DNA from: Candidatus Uhrbacteria bacterium
GTDB lineage: Bacteria > Patescibacteriota > Patescibacteriia > UBA9934 > GWF2-40-263
Direction of reading: 5' to 3'
NCBI GenBank assembly: GCA_026395055.1
Contig: JAPLZK010000003.1
Location: 173,987-237,986 of the forward strand
Length of the DNA stretch: 64,000 nt
Shown here: one piece after another, positions 49,844 through 59,580 of the stretch
Position numbering within the stretch: position 1 is the stretch's first letter
Layout: the number at the start of each line of letters is the position of its first letter
Position numbers and translations under genes: made by a program
Notes under the pieces: generated by a model
Database searches by the model: none
Told to the model about the DNA's origin: nothing
What the model saw: only the letters and a program-made list of their open reading frames with translations

Positions 49844-51388
49844 TCAGGGGACGCAATTACCAATCGGGACGAAAACACATTTGCCTGTGGTTGGATTGCA
49901 CGAATCGGAGGTGCACTTGTTTTGGTCGTCGCACACAAGCGGAGGCTTGCTAATGCAGACACTGTTGTTGCACTTGTCACCGGTTGTGCACGCATCGCCA
50001 TCGTCGCACGGATCGTTGTTGACGTTTGTGAAGATGCATCCCGTTTTTGGATTACAGATGTCATCCGTACACGAGTTACCGTCATCACACTTGTAAACCT
50101 TACCTACACATGTTGTTGCGGAGCACTCACTCGCAAGCGTACATGCGTCGCCGTCGTCGCAGGAGTAACCCTGGTTGGCCGTGTGGTTACACACGCCAAT
50201 GGCTGGGTCACAACTATCGTTCGTACAGACATTATTGTCATTACAAGTCTGCGACAGTCCTTTGCAATTGTTGCCGTAACAGATGTCGCCGATTGTACAG
50301 GCATTGTTGTCATTGCACGGATCCTTGTCGTGAACCGTGAACTGACAGCCTGTTGCCGCAATACACGAATCTTCCGTGCAATCATTTCCGTCCGCGCACT
50401 GCTTCTGCTTGCCAATGCAAACACCAAGCGAGCACTGATCGTCCGTGGTGCACAGACTATTGTCACTACAAGAAAACACGTTTGGAATAGGCGTATGAAC
50501 GCACACACCCGTCCCGGAATCACACGAGTCTGCCGTGCAGACATTATTGTCGTTGCAATTCTTCTGGTTTCCTGAGACACACTGACTCTTTTGACACGTG
50601 TCATTCTGCGTACAAAAGTCCCCGTCGTTGCAATTCGCCCCGTCTGCTTGGGGTGTCGAATAACATCCAGCAACCTTGTCACACAGATCCGCCGTACACG
50701 CGTTCCCGTCATTGCACGTAATTGGCGTTCCGGCACAAGCACCCTTTGCGCACTGATCCGGTGCCGTACAGGCATTGCCGTCATCACACGGATCGTTCGT
50801 GAGCTTTTCATGAACGCACTGGTTGATTTCGTTACAGTAGTCCTTTGTGCATTGATCTGCATCATCACAGTCCACGGCCTTGCCGAGACAGTTGCCGTTC
50901 AGACAATGGTCGTTGTTCGTGCAGACGCTTCCGTCGTCGCATGGGATGTCGATGTTCACGTGCGAGCATCCTGCGATCTTGTCGCAAGGATCAAGCGTGC
51001 AAGGTTTGCCATCTGAACAGTCGACTCCCTTTGGACCAACACATGTTCCGATTGCAGAACAAACATCGCCCGTCGTACAGACATCGCCATCAGAACACGC
51101 GGTACCTTGTGGCGAAGGCTGGTGATGACACTCACCCGTTCCCGGGTCGCACCAATCTTGCTGACAAGGAGTCTTCGTGTCGCACTGTTCGTGCGTCACA
51201 CAGACAAATACATCTGCCGCAATTTCCGGCCCAGTGTCTTGTGGGACATCCGGCGGAAGATCGGGCGAACCCGAGTCCATCGAAACATCACCAGCAACTT
51301 CAGGAGGTGCAGAAACAATGGTCGAATCCGAGCACGCCGATACATAAACACAACCAACGATCAAAAGGGCTTTCGTCAAACGATTCAC
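49844..51388 (-). CDS. Cysteine-rich repeat putative lipoprotein (17 four-Cys repeats of about 25 aa)
   Basis: ..LIVGCVYVSA|C lipobox-like, D/P linker, repeats C[DN]DG[ND]xCT..D.C...G.C. GTG start with AGGAGG SD. Confidence 0.88.
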   Translation of the reverse strand: MNRLTKALLIVGCVYVSACSDSTIVSAPPEVAGDVSMDSGSPDLPPDVPQDTGPEIAADVFVCVTHEQCDTKTPCQQDWCDPGTGECHHQPSPQGTACSDGDVCTTGDVCSAIGTCVGPKGVDCSDGKPCTLDPCDKIAGCSHVNIDIPCDDGSVCTNNDHCLNGNCLGKAVDCDDADQCTKDYCNEINQCVHEKLTNDPCDDGNACTAPDQCAKGACAGTPITCNDGNACTADLCDKVAGCYSTPQADGANCNDGDFCTQNDTCQKSQCVSGNQKNCNDNNVCTADSCDSGTGVCVHTPIPNVFSCSDNSLCTTDDQCSLGVCIGKQKQCADGNDCTEDSCIAATGCQFTVHDKDPCNDNNACTIGDICYGNNCKGLSQTCNDNNVCTNDSCDPAIGVCNHTANQGYSCDDGDACTLASECSATTCVGKVYKCDDGNSCTDDICNPKTGCIFTNVNNDPCDDGDACTTGDKCNNSVCISKPPLVCDDQNKCTSDSCNPTTGKCVFVPIGNCVP

Positions 51389-51393
51389 GGGTT

Positions 51394-51471
51394 CCTCCTA
51401 CCTCTGGGTTTCGAACACACGATCGAAAAAATCGTGCTTGTCTTTTTAACAAGATATTTGGATTACGTCAA
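51394..51471 (-). promoter_or_regulatory. Accessory-type promoter, 5' hairpin and SD
   Basis: TTGACG(51471-51466)-17-TAAAAA, CACGAT...ATCGTG hairpin, AGGAGG(51399-51394). Confidence 0.55.
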
Positions 51472-51493
51472 GTTTAAAGCCTGTTGTGCAAAG

Positions 51494-51520
51494 AAAAAAT
51501 CGACCAGTTTAGGGTCGATT
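51494..51520 (-). terminator. Terminator of the YfiH-like gene
   Basis: Minus strand AATCGACC-7nt-GGTCGATTTTTT. Confidence 0.7.
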
Positions 51521-52463
51521 AGTTACGCTTGATCACAACCAAGTTGCGAAGTGTCCTGTCGCGACGATTCGAGTGAAACAAGAAATTTCCGTTCGAGTCT
51601 GTCGAAGTTGCCGTGTCAAATTCGTCTTCTTCGATCTGTGTCACGCCATGCGCATCGAGCTGATGACGAACGAGGGCGAAGAGATTGATTCGTCCGAATG
51701 CATTTTCCGTCACAATGGATGGCAAATGACCACGCTTGACTTGGAGATTCTCCAAGTGATCAATGAGCCCCATATTGCGCACACTTTCCGGTGGAGCGAT
51801 GCCAAGATTCGCATACAATGGATGTCTCCACGTATTATGCTCAAACTTCTCCGGCCTGATACCGGCCGCAAGAAACACTTGCATCTCAATCGGCTGTCCG
51901 TCACACGGACGATCAGGCATTTCACAGGAAAGACGATCCAACATCTTGATGGCCGCATCAATCACCGATTCATTCTCTCGATGTTCCGCTCCGCGCGAAT
52001 CAAGTCGATTGCGATCAATGACCGCATCACGACCACAGTGCAGTGCAGCAACCATATTTGTATGCGGATCAAACAGTGCTGTCGCGAGACAATCCGCTGA
52101 AGCAAGAAAGTACGCGTCACCAGGCTGTTCGAGAATGACCCCATCCGCATCTGCACCTCGAAAGAAATTCGGGAGTAGTTCGTTTGGAAGATCTACATCC
52201 GTCACCACCTTCGCATTGAACGAAGGCTTGGGCACGAGCGCGCGCTTGATGTTGTAACGATCCATGATCGACAACAGTCGATTCACGACCACGGGATTCT
52301 TTGCATTGATCTCGTCCACGGATACGCCGGCGTAATTCCAGTCGCCATCCAAGGCGCCGAAAACAATGATCTTGGCTTTTCCGCCAAACAAATCCCGTTC
52401 ATAGACGGGTTGATATGCTCGCACAACGCGAACATTTCCAGATGAATCAGTCTCAATTGCCAC
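51519..52463 (-). CDS. Divergent YfiH/PgeF (laccase-domain, purine nucleoside phosphorylase-like) family protein
   Basis: DADGVI, ASADC...LFD, AALHCGR, FHSNRRD. GTG start at 52463 with AGGAGG. Confidence 0.75.
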   Translation of the reverse strand: MAIETDSSGNVRVVRAYQPVYERDLFGGKAKIIVFGALDGDWNYAGVSVDEINAKNPVVVNRLLSIMDRYNIKRALVPKPSFNAKVVTDVDLPNELLPNFFRGADADGVILEQPGDAYFLASADCLATALFDPHTNMVAALHCGRDAVIDRNRLDSRGAEHRENESVIDAAIKMLDRLSCEMPDRPCDGQPIEMQVFLAAGIRPEKFEHNTWRHPLYANLGIAPPESVRNMGLIDHLENLQVKRGHLPSIVTENAFGRINLFALVRHQLDAHGVTQIEEDEFDTATSTDSNGNFLFHSNRRDRTLRNLVVIKRN

Positions 52464-52468
52464 GGAAT

Positions 52469-52543
52469 CCTCCTGCCTTGCGGGTCTGCGGCCGCGTTGT
52501 AAAGCAGACTGGATATAATGACGGATTTTTTTGAGAACGTCAA
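52469..52543 (-). promoter_or_regulatory. Accessory-type promoter, 5' hairpin and SD
   Basis: TTGACG(52543-52538)-17-CATTAT, GTCTGC...GCAGAC stem, AGGAGG(52474-52469). Confidence 0.6.
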
Positions 52544-52552
52544 GCATAAAGA

Positions 52553-53911
52553 CTAGCAAATCTCTCTCGCAACACAATCAATATCCCCCGCTCCCATGAT
52601 AATCAAAACGTCACCCGATCGAACAACCTGCTCAAGCGCGGACTTCACTGCATCAAAGTTTGAGGAGAACATAACATGAGCTCCTGGGTTTTCTTTCTTA
52701 ATCTTCTCAACAATCAACCTTGACGACATTTCGTGTTCTTCGTTTCTTCCGGCGACGTCATAGATTTCTGCGACCACTGTTTCGTCGGCCAGTTGAAGTG
52801 CGTGCACAAAACCATCAAAGAGCGCTTTTGTTCTGGAGTGTTGATGCGGCTGGAAACAGAGAACAATTCTTCGGCTAGGGAAAAACTCGCGCGCGGCACT
52901 GATGGTCTTCTCAACCGCCGTTGGATGATGACCATAGTCAGAGATAACATCCGCTTCTCTCCACATACCAACGCGTTCAAAGCGGCGCCAGATTCCTGGA
53001 AATGTTTCAAGAACGCGCGCGCAAGTCTCGAAGGGCACACCGAGTTCCATTGCAGCTGACGTTGCTGCAAGTGCGTTCAATACGTTATGTGTGCCTGGGA
53101 TAATCAGCTTAAGTCGTCCAAGAATTTCATCGCGATGTACGGCGAACGATTGCGATCCTTTTTCTGTTATACGATTGGTCGCTGCATAGTCGGCTCGTTG
53201 TTCGTAACCATACGTGATTGGTCTTTCGACCTTTAACTTCATAGATTCGGCATCATCTGCGTTCATAACCATCATTCCTTTGCCGATTAGCTTGTCAGCA
53301 AAAATCTGGAACGTGTCACGGATGTGGTTGATGTCGCGGTAGTAGTCGAGGTGATCTTCTTCAATATTTGTAAGCACGATCATTTCTGGATGAAGGTTTA
53401 ACATGTTCGCTTGATACTCACACCCTTCTACAACAAAGAATCTTCCTTTCCCAAGACGTAAATTTTTATCTGGAAATGCTGGAACGAATGAACCGACAAG
53501 AACCGTTGGATCGTAACCAGCTGCCTCAAGCATTAATCCGAGCAGTGCCGTTGTTGTACTTTTGCCATGTGTTCCCGTTACCACAATCGTCGAAAAAGTT
53601 TTGGACACCTCGCCGAGAAATTGCGCATAGGAAACTTCTGGAATCCCTTTTTCACGAGCCGCGATACGTTCTGGATTTGTGGAGGGAATGGCGGAGGAAT
53701 AGATCACAACTTCTACATCAGCAAGAACGTGCGAGGTATCATGACCGATATTTACTTGAATACCTTTCTTATTCAAGTCTTGAACCATCTCAGAATCATG
53801 AACGTCTGATCCGGTAACACGTTTTTCCTTAGACAACAAAAACTTTGCGAGAGCGGACATACCAATTCCGCCAATTCCTACAAAATGAAAGTGATTCTTT
53901 TCAAGTAACAT
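52553..53911 (-). CDS. murC: UDP-N-acetylmuramate--L-alanine ligase
   Basis: HFVGIGGIGMSALA, GTHGKSTTT, TNIE.DHLD, DYGHHPT, FQPH, MGAGDI. Start 53911. Confidence 0.96.
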   Translation of the reverse strand: MLLEKNHFHFVGIGGIGMSALAKFLLSKEKRVTGSDVHDSEMVQDLNKKGIQVNIGHDTSHVLADVEVVIYSSAIPSTNPERIAAREKGIPEVSYAQFLGEVSKTFSTIVVTGTHGKSTTTALLGLMLEAAGYDPTVLVGSFVPAFPDKNLRLGKGRFFVVEGCEYQANMLNLHPEMIVLTNIEEDHLDYYRDINHIRDTFQIFADKLIGKGMMVMNADDAESMKLKVERPITYGYEQRADYAATNRITEKGSQSFAVHRDEILGRLKLIIPGTHNVLNALAATSAAMELGVPFETCARVLETFPGIWRRFERVGMWREADVISDYGHHPTAVEKTISAAREFFPSRRIVLCFQPHQHSRTKALFDGFVHALQLADETVVAEIYDVAGRNEEHEMSSRLIVEKIKKENPGAHVMFSSNFDAVKSALEQVVRSGDVLIIMGAGDIDCVAREIC

Positions 53912-53928
53912 AGTGCTGACAGGATAAC

Positions 53929-53954
53929 AAAAAAGCACTAGATATTCTAGTGCT
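53929..53954 (-). terminator. Terminator of the 53960-55216 gene
   Basis: Minus strand AGCACTAGA-ATA-TCTAGTGCT-TTTTT. Confidence 0.75.
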
Positions 53955-53959
53955 AGACG

Positions 53960-55216
53960 TTAGTGTCTGAGAAGGTCTGTTTCATCTACCGTAAGACAGA
54001 CGATGGATTCTGGAAGGACAGAGGAATAACCAATGCCGCCGCCTGAAGCCCAGTGAAGTCCCCAGGCGATCGGTACGGACTGCAAGGAGCGATCATACAT
54101 GACGGGGTAACAGAGTTCACCGTCGTCTGTGATCGTTGCTGCAATTTCTCCATCTGCATCCACAAGGAATTCTCGCAGGAACGTTCCTGTGGGAAATTCC
54201 CGTTGTGTGTCTTGCGTGATGATCGATTGTTTCTCTTGGCCACTTGCATCTTGCGTCGTGATCCGAGCGCCAAAGCATGGACCTGAAAGTGCCCACACAA
54301 GATCCGCTTGGTTCATGGAGAATTCTCCCTCATGAATCAATTGGCCATTCAAGTAAAGTGCGCGTCGGGATGGGTCTGAACGATCAGGCCTCACGAGCCA
54401 TGCAAGCGAACGCTCGCTTGGCGAAACCCAGAGCTGCTCAATATCCCCCATCCAAGTTTCCGCAAGCGGAAACGTAAGTGTGTTCGTAGAACCAACCACA
54501 CGCAATCGTGAACCGGACTCTGTGCGCGTGGCAAGAACGTACTGATTTTGCACGTATGCAAGTGCCACTGGAACTTCACCTTTCGGATGAAGCACGGGGA
54601 ACCAATCAACGAAGCCTCTCGCTCCAAATCGGTAGCGATAAGAATTTCCGTCGATCTGTTCCAAAAACAGGAAGCTTCCGTCTGAAACGGCTGTTGCAGT
54701 CGCAAGATCCTCGACGGGGAGCACACCGTGCTCGGTCCACACGTGTTTTGCATTGGAATCTTCTGTTCCGATTCCAAGCAAGAACATGCCATGTGGCAAA
54801 CGGCAGACGCGATGAAGCGCCGCAAAGGGTCGCACAAGTTTCAGGCGAGGACGTCCAACCTTCAACTCGTACACTCCTCGAACCAACTGCCCAAACGGCA
54901 AACCCCACACCAACAAGCGATCTGTCCCAACGTGAAGGATGCGTGTTTCCACACGCTCACCATTCTCATGGGAACAAAATCGCGACGAAGCCATGCGCTC
55001 AAAATTGTGCGCAACCCGCTCCGTAGAATCTGTCACACGCGCAATAAGAGCAACGCGATGACCATCTTTACTCACAACCAGGCGATCCGTTGCTACAAGC
55101 TCGGAGAGCTTGTTTGCGTCAAATTGTCCTGGAAGGGCAAAAATTTGGTGAATGACTCCAAGGAGTCCTATTCGCCTCATTTCGTATGGTGGTTGTAACG
55201 GTCGGTGTGGTTGCAT
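53960..55216 (-). CDS. Hypothetical beta-rich protein (possible beta-propeller)
   Basis: Over 400 aa with motifs such as VSKDGHRVA and [10 protein letters not shown]. Own promoter TTGACA(55280)-17-TAGGTT and terminator. Exact start uncertain. Confidence 0.65.
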   Translation of the reverse strand: MQPHRPLQPPYEMRRIGLLGVIHQIFALPGQFDANKLSELVATDRLVVSKDGHRVALIARVTDSTERVAHNFERMASSRFCSHENGERVETRILHVGTDRLLVWGLPFGQLVRGVYELKVGRPRLKLVRPFAALHRVCRLPHGMFLLGIGTEDSNAKHVWTEHGVLPVEDLATATAVSDGSFLFLEQIDGNSYRYRFGARGFVDWFPVLHPKGEVPVALAYVQNQYVLATRTESGSRLRVVGSTNTLTFPLAETWMGDIEQLWVSPSERSLAWLVRPDRSDPSRRALYLNGQLIHEGEFSMNQADLVWALSGPCFGARITTQDASGQEKQSIITQDTQREFPTGTFLREFLVDADGEIAATITDDGELCYPVMYDRSLQSVPIAWGLHWASGGGIGYSSVLPESIVCLTVDETDLLRH

Positions 55217-55323
55217 GTTTCCTCGATCCCTCTCATACAAGAGGTTCACTAAACCTAGCGATAATTCATGAGATTGTCAACCAGTTCCTTGTCACGTACA
55301 ATGCGCGTACAATTATCTTTCCT

Positions 55324-56568
55324 ATGTTTATAGCAAAACAAGACCCCGAGGTCGCGCACGCCCTACAAAAAGAACTCATCCGTGAAGAAGAAGGATTAGA
55401 AATGATCCCCTCTGAAAACTTTGTTTCTCGAGCGGTTCTTGAAGCTCTTGGGTCAGTCGCAACAAACAAATACGCAGAAGGATTGCCAGGCAAACGCTAC
55501 TACGGCGGTTGTCAGGAGATCGACGTAATCGAACAACTCGCGATCAATCGCGCAAAACAACTTTTTGGCGCGGAGCATGTAAACGTTCAGTCGTTATCTG
55601 GCGCACCCGCGAACCTCGCGGCTTATTCTGCTGTTCTCTCACCTGGCGATACCGTCCTCGGTATGGATCTTTCACACGGAGGTCACCTTACGCACGGACA
55701 CCCTGTAACCTTCTCGGCAAAGATTTACAACTTCATTCGATATAAAACAACTGCAGCAGGACTGATCGATTACGAGGAGATCGAGCGCATGGCGCGCGAA
55801 CATAAACCAAAGCTCATCCTTGTCGGTTACTCGGCGTATTCCCGAGAAATTGATTATGCACGTATTAAAGCAATCGCAGATGAGGTTGGTGCACTCACCA
55901 TGGCAGACATCGCCCACATTGCCGGTCTTATCGCCGGAGGAGAAATGAATAACCCGGTCCCCTTGTTCGATATTGTAACAACGACGACACACAAAACACT
56001 CCGCGGACCTCGTGGTGGAATGATTATGTGTAAGGCAATTCTCGCAAAGGCGATCGACAAAGCGGTCTTTCCTGGTTTGCAAGGAGGTCCGCATGAGAAC
56101 GTCATTGCTGCAAAGGCTGTCGCGTTTCTAGAAGCACTCCAACCAGAATTTAAATCGTACGCAAGACAAATTCGTTTGAATGCAAAAGTCCTCGAACAAG
56201 AATTGAGTTCAAAGGGTTATCGCTTAATGTTCGGTGGAACAGATAACCATTTACTTCTCATTGATGTCTCCACAAAAAACGTGACAGGAGGTGAAGCTGA
56301 AAAAGCCCTCGACGCCGTTGGTATCACGGTGAATAAAAATATGATTCCTGACGATCCACGTTCTCCGTTCGATCCTTCTGGAATTCGACTCGGAACTCCA
56401 GCACTTACATCTCGAGGAATGAAAGAAGCAGAAATGAAGCTCATCGCTACATGGATTGATGAAGCAATTATGCATCGCTTGGACGAAGCACATCTCGAGA
56501 AACTTCGAACAGACGTAAAAGAACTAACGAAACGATTTCCACTTTACCCAGAACTCGCATACGAATAA
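55324..56568 (+). CDS. glyA: Serine hydroxymethyltransferase
   Basis: [52 protein letters not shown]. Start 55324. Confidence 0.97.
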   Translation: MFIAKQDPEVAHALQKELIREEEGLEMIPSENFVSRAVLEALGSVATNKYAEGLPGKRYYGGCQEIDVIEQLAINRAKQLFGAEHVNVQSLSGAPANLAAYSAVLSPGDTVLGMDLSHGGHLTHGHPVTFSAKIYNFIRYKTTAAGLIDYEEIERMAREHKPKLILVGYSAYSREIDYARIKAIADEVGALTMADIAHIAGLIAGGEMNNPVPLFDIVTTTTHKTLRGPRGGMIMCKAILAKAIDKAVFPGLQGGPHENVIAAKAVAFLEALQPEFKSYARQIRLNAKVLEQELSSKGYRLMFGGTDNHLLLIDVSTKNVTGGEAEKALDAVGITVNKNMIPDDPRSPFDPSGIRLGTPALTSRGMKEAEMKLIATWIDEAIMHRLDEAHLEKLRTDVKELTKRFPLYPELAYE

Positions 56569-56569
56569 G

Positions 56570-56595
56570 AAAAAACCGAGCACGTGCTCGGTTTT
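56570..56595. terminator. Bidirectional terminator glyA/rdgB
   Basis: AAAAAACCGAGCACGTGCTCGGTTTT palindrome. Confidence 0.8.
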
Positions 56596-57187
56596 AGATT
56601 TGGGTAGATTCAAGGAACTCGCGAACTTTTCGCATAGCGCGGCCACGATGTGACATCGCGTGTTTTTCCTCTTCGGGCATTTCCGCAAATGTTCGCGTTT
56701 CGCCTTCTGGAATGAAAATGGCGTCATACGGCAGCTTTGGTCGTGCGGTTCCGCGAGGCTCGGTCGTAAGGGTTCCGTCAACGCGACCCTCAAATGTCCA
56801 TGTTCGACCATCTGGAGTTACGAGCGCGGCCACACAAACAAACGAGGCCTTTCGATTCGTCTTTCCAGACATTTGTTCCAGTGTATGCTCGACAAGTTGA
56901 GTGTCAGACGCACCTTCGCCAGCCCAGCGTGCGGTATAAACACCAGGAGCTCCGTCGAGTGCGTTAATACAAACTCCAGAATCATCTGCAAGGGAAAGAG
57001 CATTTGTTGCCTTACAGACCTCAACCGCTTTTTTGAGCGCATTGTCTGCAAACGTGAGGCCGTCCTCCACCACTTCATCCATCACACCTGCTTCGCGTGC
57101 GGATTCAATTTCATACAGAAGACCCGCAAGAATAGAACGCATTTCCGCAAGCTTTCCAGAATTATGTGTTGCAAAGATGAGGCGCAT
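56594..57187 (-). CDS. rdgB: RdgB/HAM1 non-canonical purine NTP pyrophosphatase
   Basis: FATHN.GK..E, TF..NA.KKA, ADDSG, PGVYTAR, YD.IF, TFAE, SHRG.A. Confidence 0.93.
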   Translation of the reverse strand: MRLIFATHNSGKLAEMRSILAGLLYEIESAREAGVMDEVVEDGLTFADNALKKAVEVCKATNALSLADDSGVCINALDGAPGVYTARWAGEGASDTQLVEHTLEQMSGKTNRKASFVCVAALVTPDGRTWTFEGRVDGTLTTEPRGTARPKLPYDAIFIPEGETRTFAEMPEEEKHAMSHRGRAMRKVREFLESTQI

Positions 57188-57237
57188 AATGAATCCTTTT
57201 TTGAATGACCTATGGAGTTTAGCGTGAACGAGATCGA

Positions 57238-57289
57238 TTGACAACATCCCCTTTTTCCCGTACAAACAACTCACCTCAACCAAGAGGAG
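57238..57289 (+). promoter_or_regulatory. Accessory-type promoter and SD
   Basis: TTGACA(57238)-17-TACAAA(57261), AAGAGGAG(57282-57289). Confidence 0.55.
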
Positions 57290-57297
57290 TTCTTTCC

Positions 57298-57906
57298 ATG
57301 ATGGAAGTTAGACAATCGACGTTGCGCGACATGCTCTTGCGTCATTTGACTCCAGAGCGCGTTATCGAAATCATGACCATTCTTGAACCGCTTTATGCGA
57401 TGTGCACACGCGAACGTTTCTTCTACGGACACGTCGAGTGTTTCCCGTCGGAGATTCATAAGCACATTCAGTTCCTCACACAAAGGCCTTGTGACGGAAT
57501 CGAGTTTCTTGCGGAGTCCGTGATTCCTCAACGACTTCTCATCTCCGTTCAAAATACGAATATCAGCGTTCGATCTCGCAGCCACATGCAAACGAAGTTA
57601 TTTGCAACGCTTGGAATCATTCAGGTTCACAATTTCGATTTCGACTTTCGATTCAGCTTCGGCAACAGGCTCATGCATGTCCTGCCACAGAACTTATGGA
57701 ATCAACTTTGGGAAACGGTTCGTTATTGGCTTCTGTGCGAAATTGCTTTGAAGCCGTTTAAAAAAGAAGCCGCAGCACTGCAACAGATGGTTTGTTTGTG
57801 CGCAAGTGGGTACATCCCTTTCGATTTCAATCCGATCAAGCCAACTATTGCACACATCGTGAACGAAAAGACTTCCACAACCAACATGCGCTACAGAACG
57901 CGCTAA
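57298..57906 (+). CDS. Hypothetical protein (paralog A)
   Basis: SD-led ORF that aligns by eye with the downstream ORF. Confidence 0.7.
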   Translation: MMEVRQSTLRDMLLRHLTPERVIEIMTILEPLYAMCTRERFFYGHVECFPSEIHKHIQFLTQRPCDGIEFLAESVIPQRLLISVQNTNISVRSRSHMQTKLFATLGIIQVHNFDFDFRFSFGNRLMHVLPQNLWNQLWETVRYWLLCEIALKPFKKEAAALQQMVCLCASGYIPFDFNPIKPTIAHIVNEKTSTTNMRYRTR

Positions 57907-57917
57907 GGAGTTTCCTC

Positions 57918-58550
57918 ATGGCAAACATTATCCCAGGTCGTCTTCGCGGATTTTTGCGCGAACATCTATCCGATGATCACGTGAACAAGATCATGCAGAT
58001 CCTCGCGCCCTTCATGCAAATGACCGAGCAAGATGCATTCGCCTATTCCGCAGAGGTCAATGCAATCGATTTTCGACTCTCGATCTGTATCGAAGCATTA
58101 ACAGGAATCACCTGTTCGGATATTGCTTGCACAAAGATCGATAGTGGTCTCTTGCCCGTTTACATCGGAGATGGCTTAAGAGCTGATCTCTTGAACATGA
58201 ACCCAAAAGACAATCCCGCTGAACAACTTTCGCAGCAAGTACGCGAAGATCTCACGTTCGCTCTCTTGCATAGTTTTCTGAAAGCACTGTGCGAAACCAC
58301 GAACAAGCAAACGGATATCGGGCGTTTCCGACGTCCGAGCGATGATCTGTGGTGGATCATCCACACGTGGATTGCAAGTGAGCTCGTAAATGATCCTTTG
58401 CGAGCAGATCGAAGTCACGCCCTCGAACAACTGGTTGTGCAGGCAAGCAAAGGCTGGATCCCTCTCGGTGTCCACAAAAACAGAGAGACAAATGTTCTCG
58501 TCCTTGGTGGAGCACGTACGTGCTACATCCCTCTCCCTTTCGCCCCCTAA
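57918..58550 (+). CDS. Hypothetical protein (paralog B)
   Basis: TAAGGAG 7 nt before ATG 57918. Similar to the upstream ORF. Confidence 0.7.
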   Translation: MANIIPGRLRGFLREHLSDDHVNKIMQILAPFMQMTEQDAFAYSAEVNAIDFRLSICIEALTGITCSDIACTKIDSGLLPVYIGDGLRADLLNMNPKDNPAEQLSQQVREDLTFALLHSFLKALCETTNKQTDIGRFRRPSDDLWWIIHTWIASELVNDPLRADRSHALEQLVVQASKGWIPLGVHKNRETNVLVLGGARTCYIPLPFAP

Positions 58551-58570
58551 CCAGGGCGATTTTTTCTTTT
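58540..58570 (+). terminator. Terminator after the paralog pair
   Basis: TCGCCC-8nt-GGGCGA-TTTTTT. Confidence 0.7.
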
Positions 58571-58576
58571 CATCGA

Positions 58577-58638
58577 TTGACGTATTCCCCAAAATTTGCT
58601 AGTCTTCCCTGTCGCACAGAAACAACAGCGACGAGGAG
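58577..58638 (+). promoter_or_regulatory. Accessory-type promoter, 5' hairpin and SD
   Basis: TTGACG(58577)-17-TAGTCT(58600), GTCGC...GCGAC hairpin, GAGGAG(58633-58638). Confidence 0.65.
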
Positions 58639-58647
58639 AAAAGAGAA

Positions 58648-59580
58648 ATGCCCATTTCCTATGGCGAACTGAATGGCCCGCTCATTGGAGCGACCATACG
58701 TGACTGTGTCGTTCGCGCGACCCGACTAATTCGCGACAAGCGATTCACCTTCAAACCCAGGCAAAAAGGGACGAAGGCGGACGGACGCCCGGATTGGGTC
58801 ACAGATGCCGATGAAGATGCTCAAGAGATCTACACAAAGGTCTTGCGTGAGCGCTTCCCACAATTCGGCATCGTTGGCGAAGAAGAAGGCTTACGTATTG
58901 CCTGTACGCATCCCACCGAAGACTTTTGGTTCTCGGTGGATCCGCTTGATGGCACGAGTGCCTACAATCGGTACCAGTCGCACGGCATTGGAACCATGAT
59001 CGCTCTCATGCACGGTAAAAAAGTGATTGCGGTCGCCATCGGTGACATCCTAACCGGAGAGATCTATTACTACAGGCCCGGTTCGCGAAAGACGCACCGA
59101 CTCGACGTTCATCAGAACTCATTTGATCAACGCCTATGGATCAACCCAAAACGTACACTGATCGATCAATACATTCTGTTGCGCGACCCGGTTGAAAAAC
59201 ACTCAGACATGGCTCAGTGCCTCGTTCAGTTGCATCCGCATCCGCTCTTCTACTCGCACGAGATCACCGGCGGTTCGATCGGTATTTCGATGGCACGTCT
59301 TTGGAAAGGCGAAGTCGGAGGCGTGATCCTGCGTCCGGGTAAGCAGACCCCGTGGGATTCCTGCCCCGTGCTCGGTCTCACCAAGCGTCTCGGATTCGTG
59401 TTCTTTGACCTGAATCCTCTCAAAGGAGAGGGTACATACGGTCCATCTCTCCACCAGACGCATCCGGTCCCACAAAAGCACACCTACTCGGTCGGCGTCG
59501 ACACCCTCGTGATTCACAAGAGTCGCATTCCGGAACTCACCGAGTGGTGCACATCGGCAGGTCTCAAGATAGAACTCTAA
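58648..59580 (+). CDS. Inositol monophosphatase (FIG/CysQ-like) family protein
   Basis: VTDAD...Q, GEE, WFSVDPLDGT, PWD. Confidence 0.85.
   Translation: MPISYGELNGPLIGATIRDCVVRATRLIRDKRFTFKPRQKGTKADGRPDWVTDADEDAQEIYTKVLRERFPQFGIVGEEEGLRIACTHPTEDFWFSVDPLDGTSAYNRYQSHGIGTMIALMHGKKVIAVAIGDILTGEIYYYRPGSRKTHRLDVHQNSFDQRLWINPKRTLIDQYILLRDPVEKHSDMAQCLVQLHPHPLFYSHEITGGSIGISMARLWKGEVGGVILRPGKQTPWDSCPVLGLTKRLGFVFFDLNPLKGEGTYGPSLHQTHPVPQKHTYSVGVDTLVIHKSRIPELTEWCTSAGLKIEL

Noticed and set aside
48122-51388. Possible CRISPR array or DGR template/variable repeats
   Set aside because: The repeats are degenerate, in frame and protein-level. No constant direct repeats, cas genes or reverse transcriptase.
48136-51532. 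Many long overlapping alternative-frame and antisense ORFs
   Set aside because: By-products of stop-poor Cys/Asp repeat coding. Only two frames give coherent proteins.
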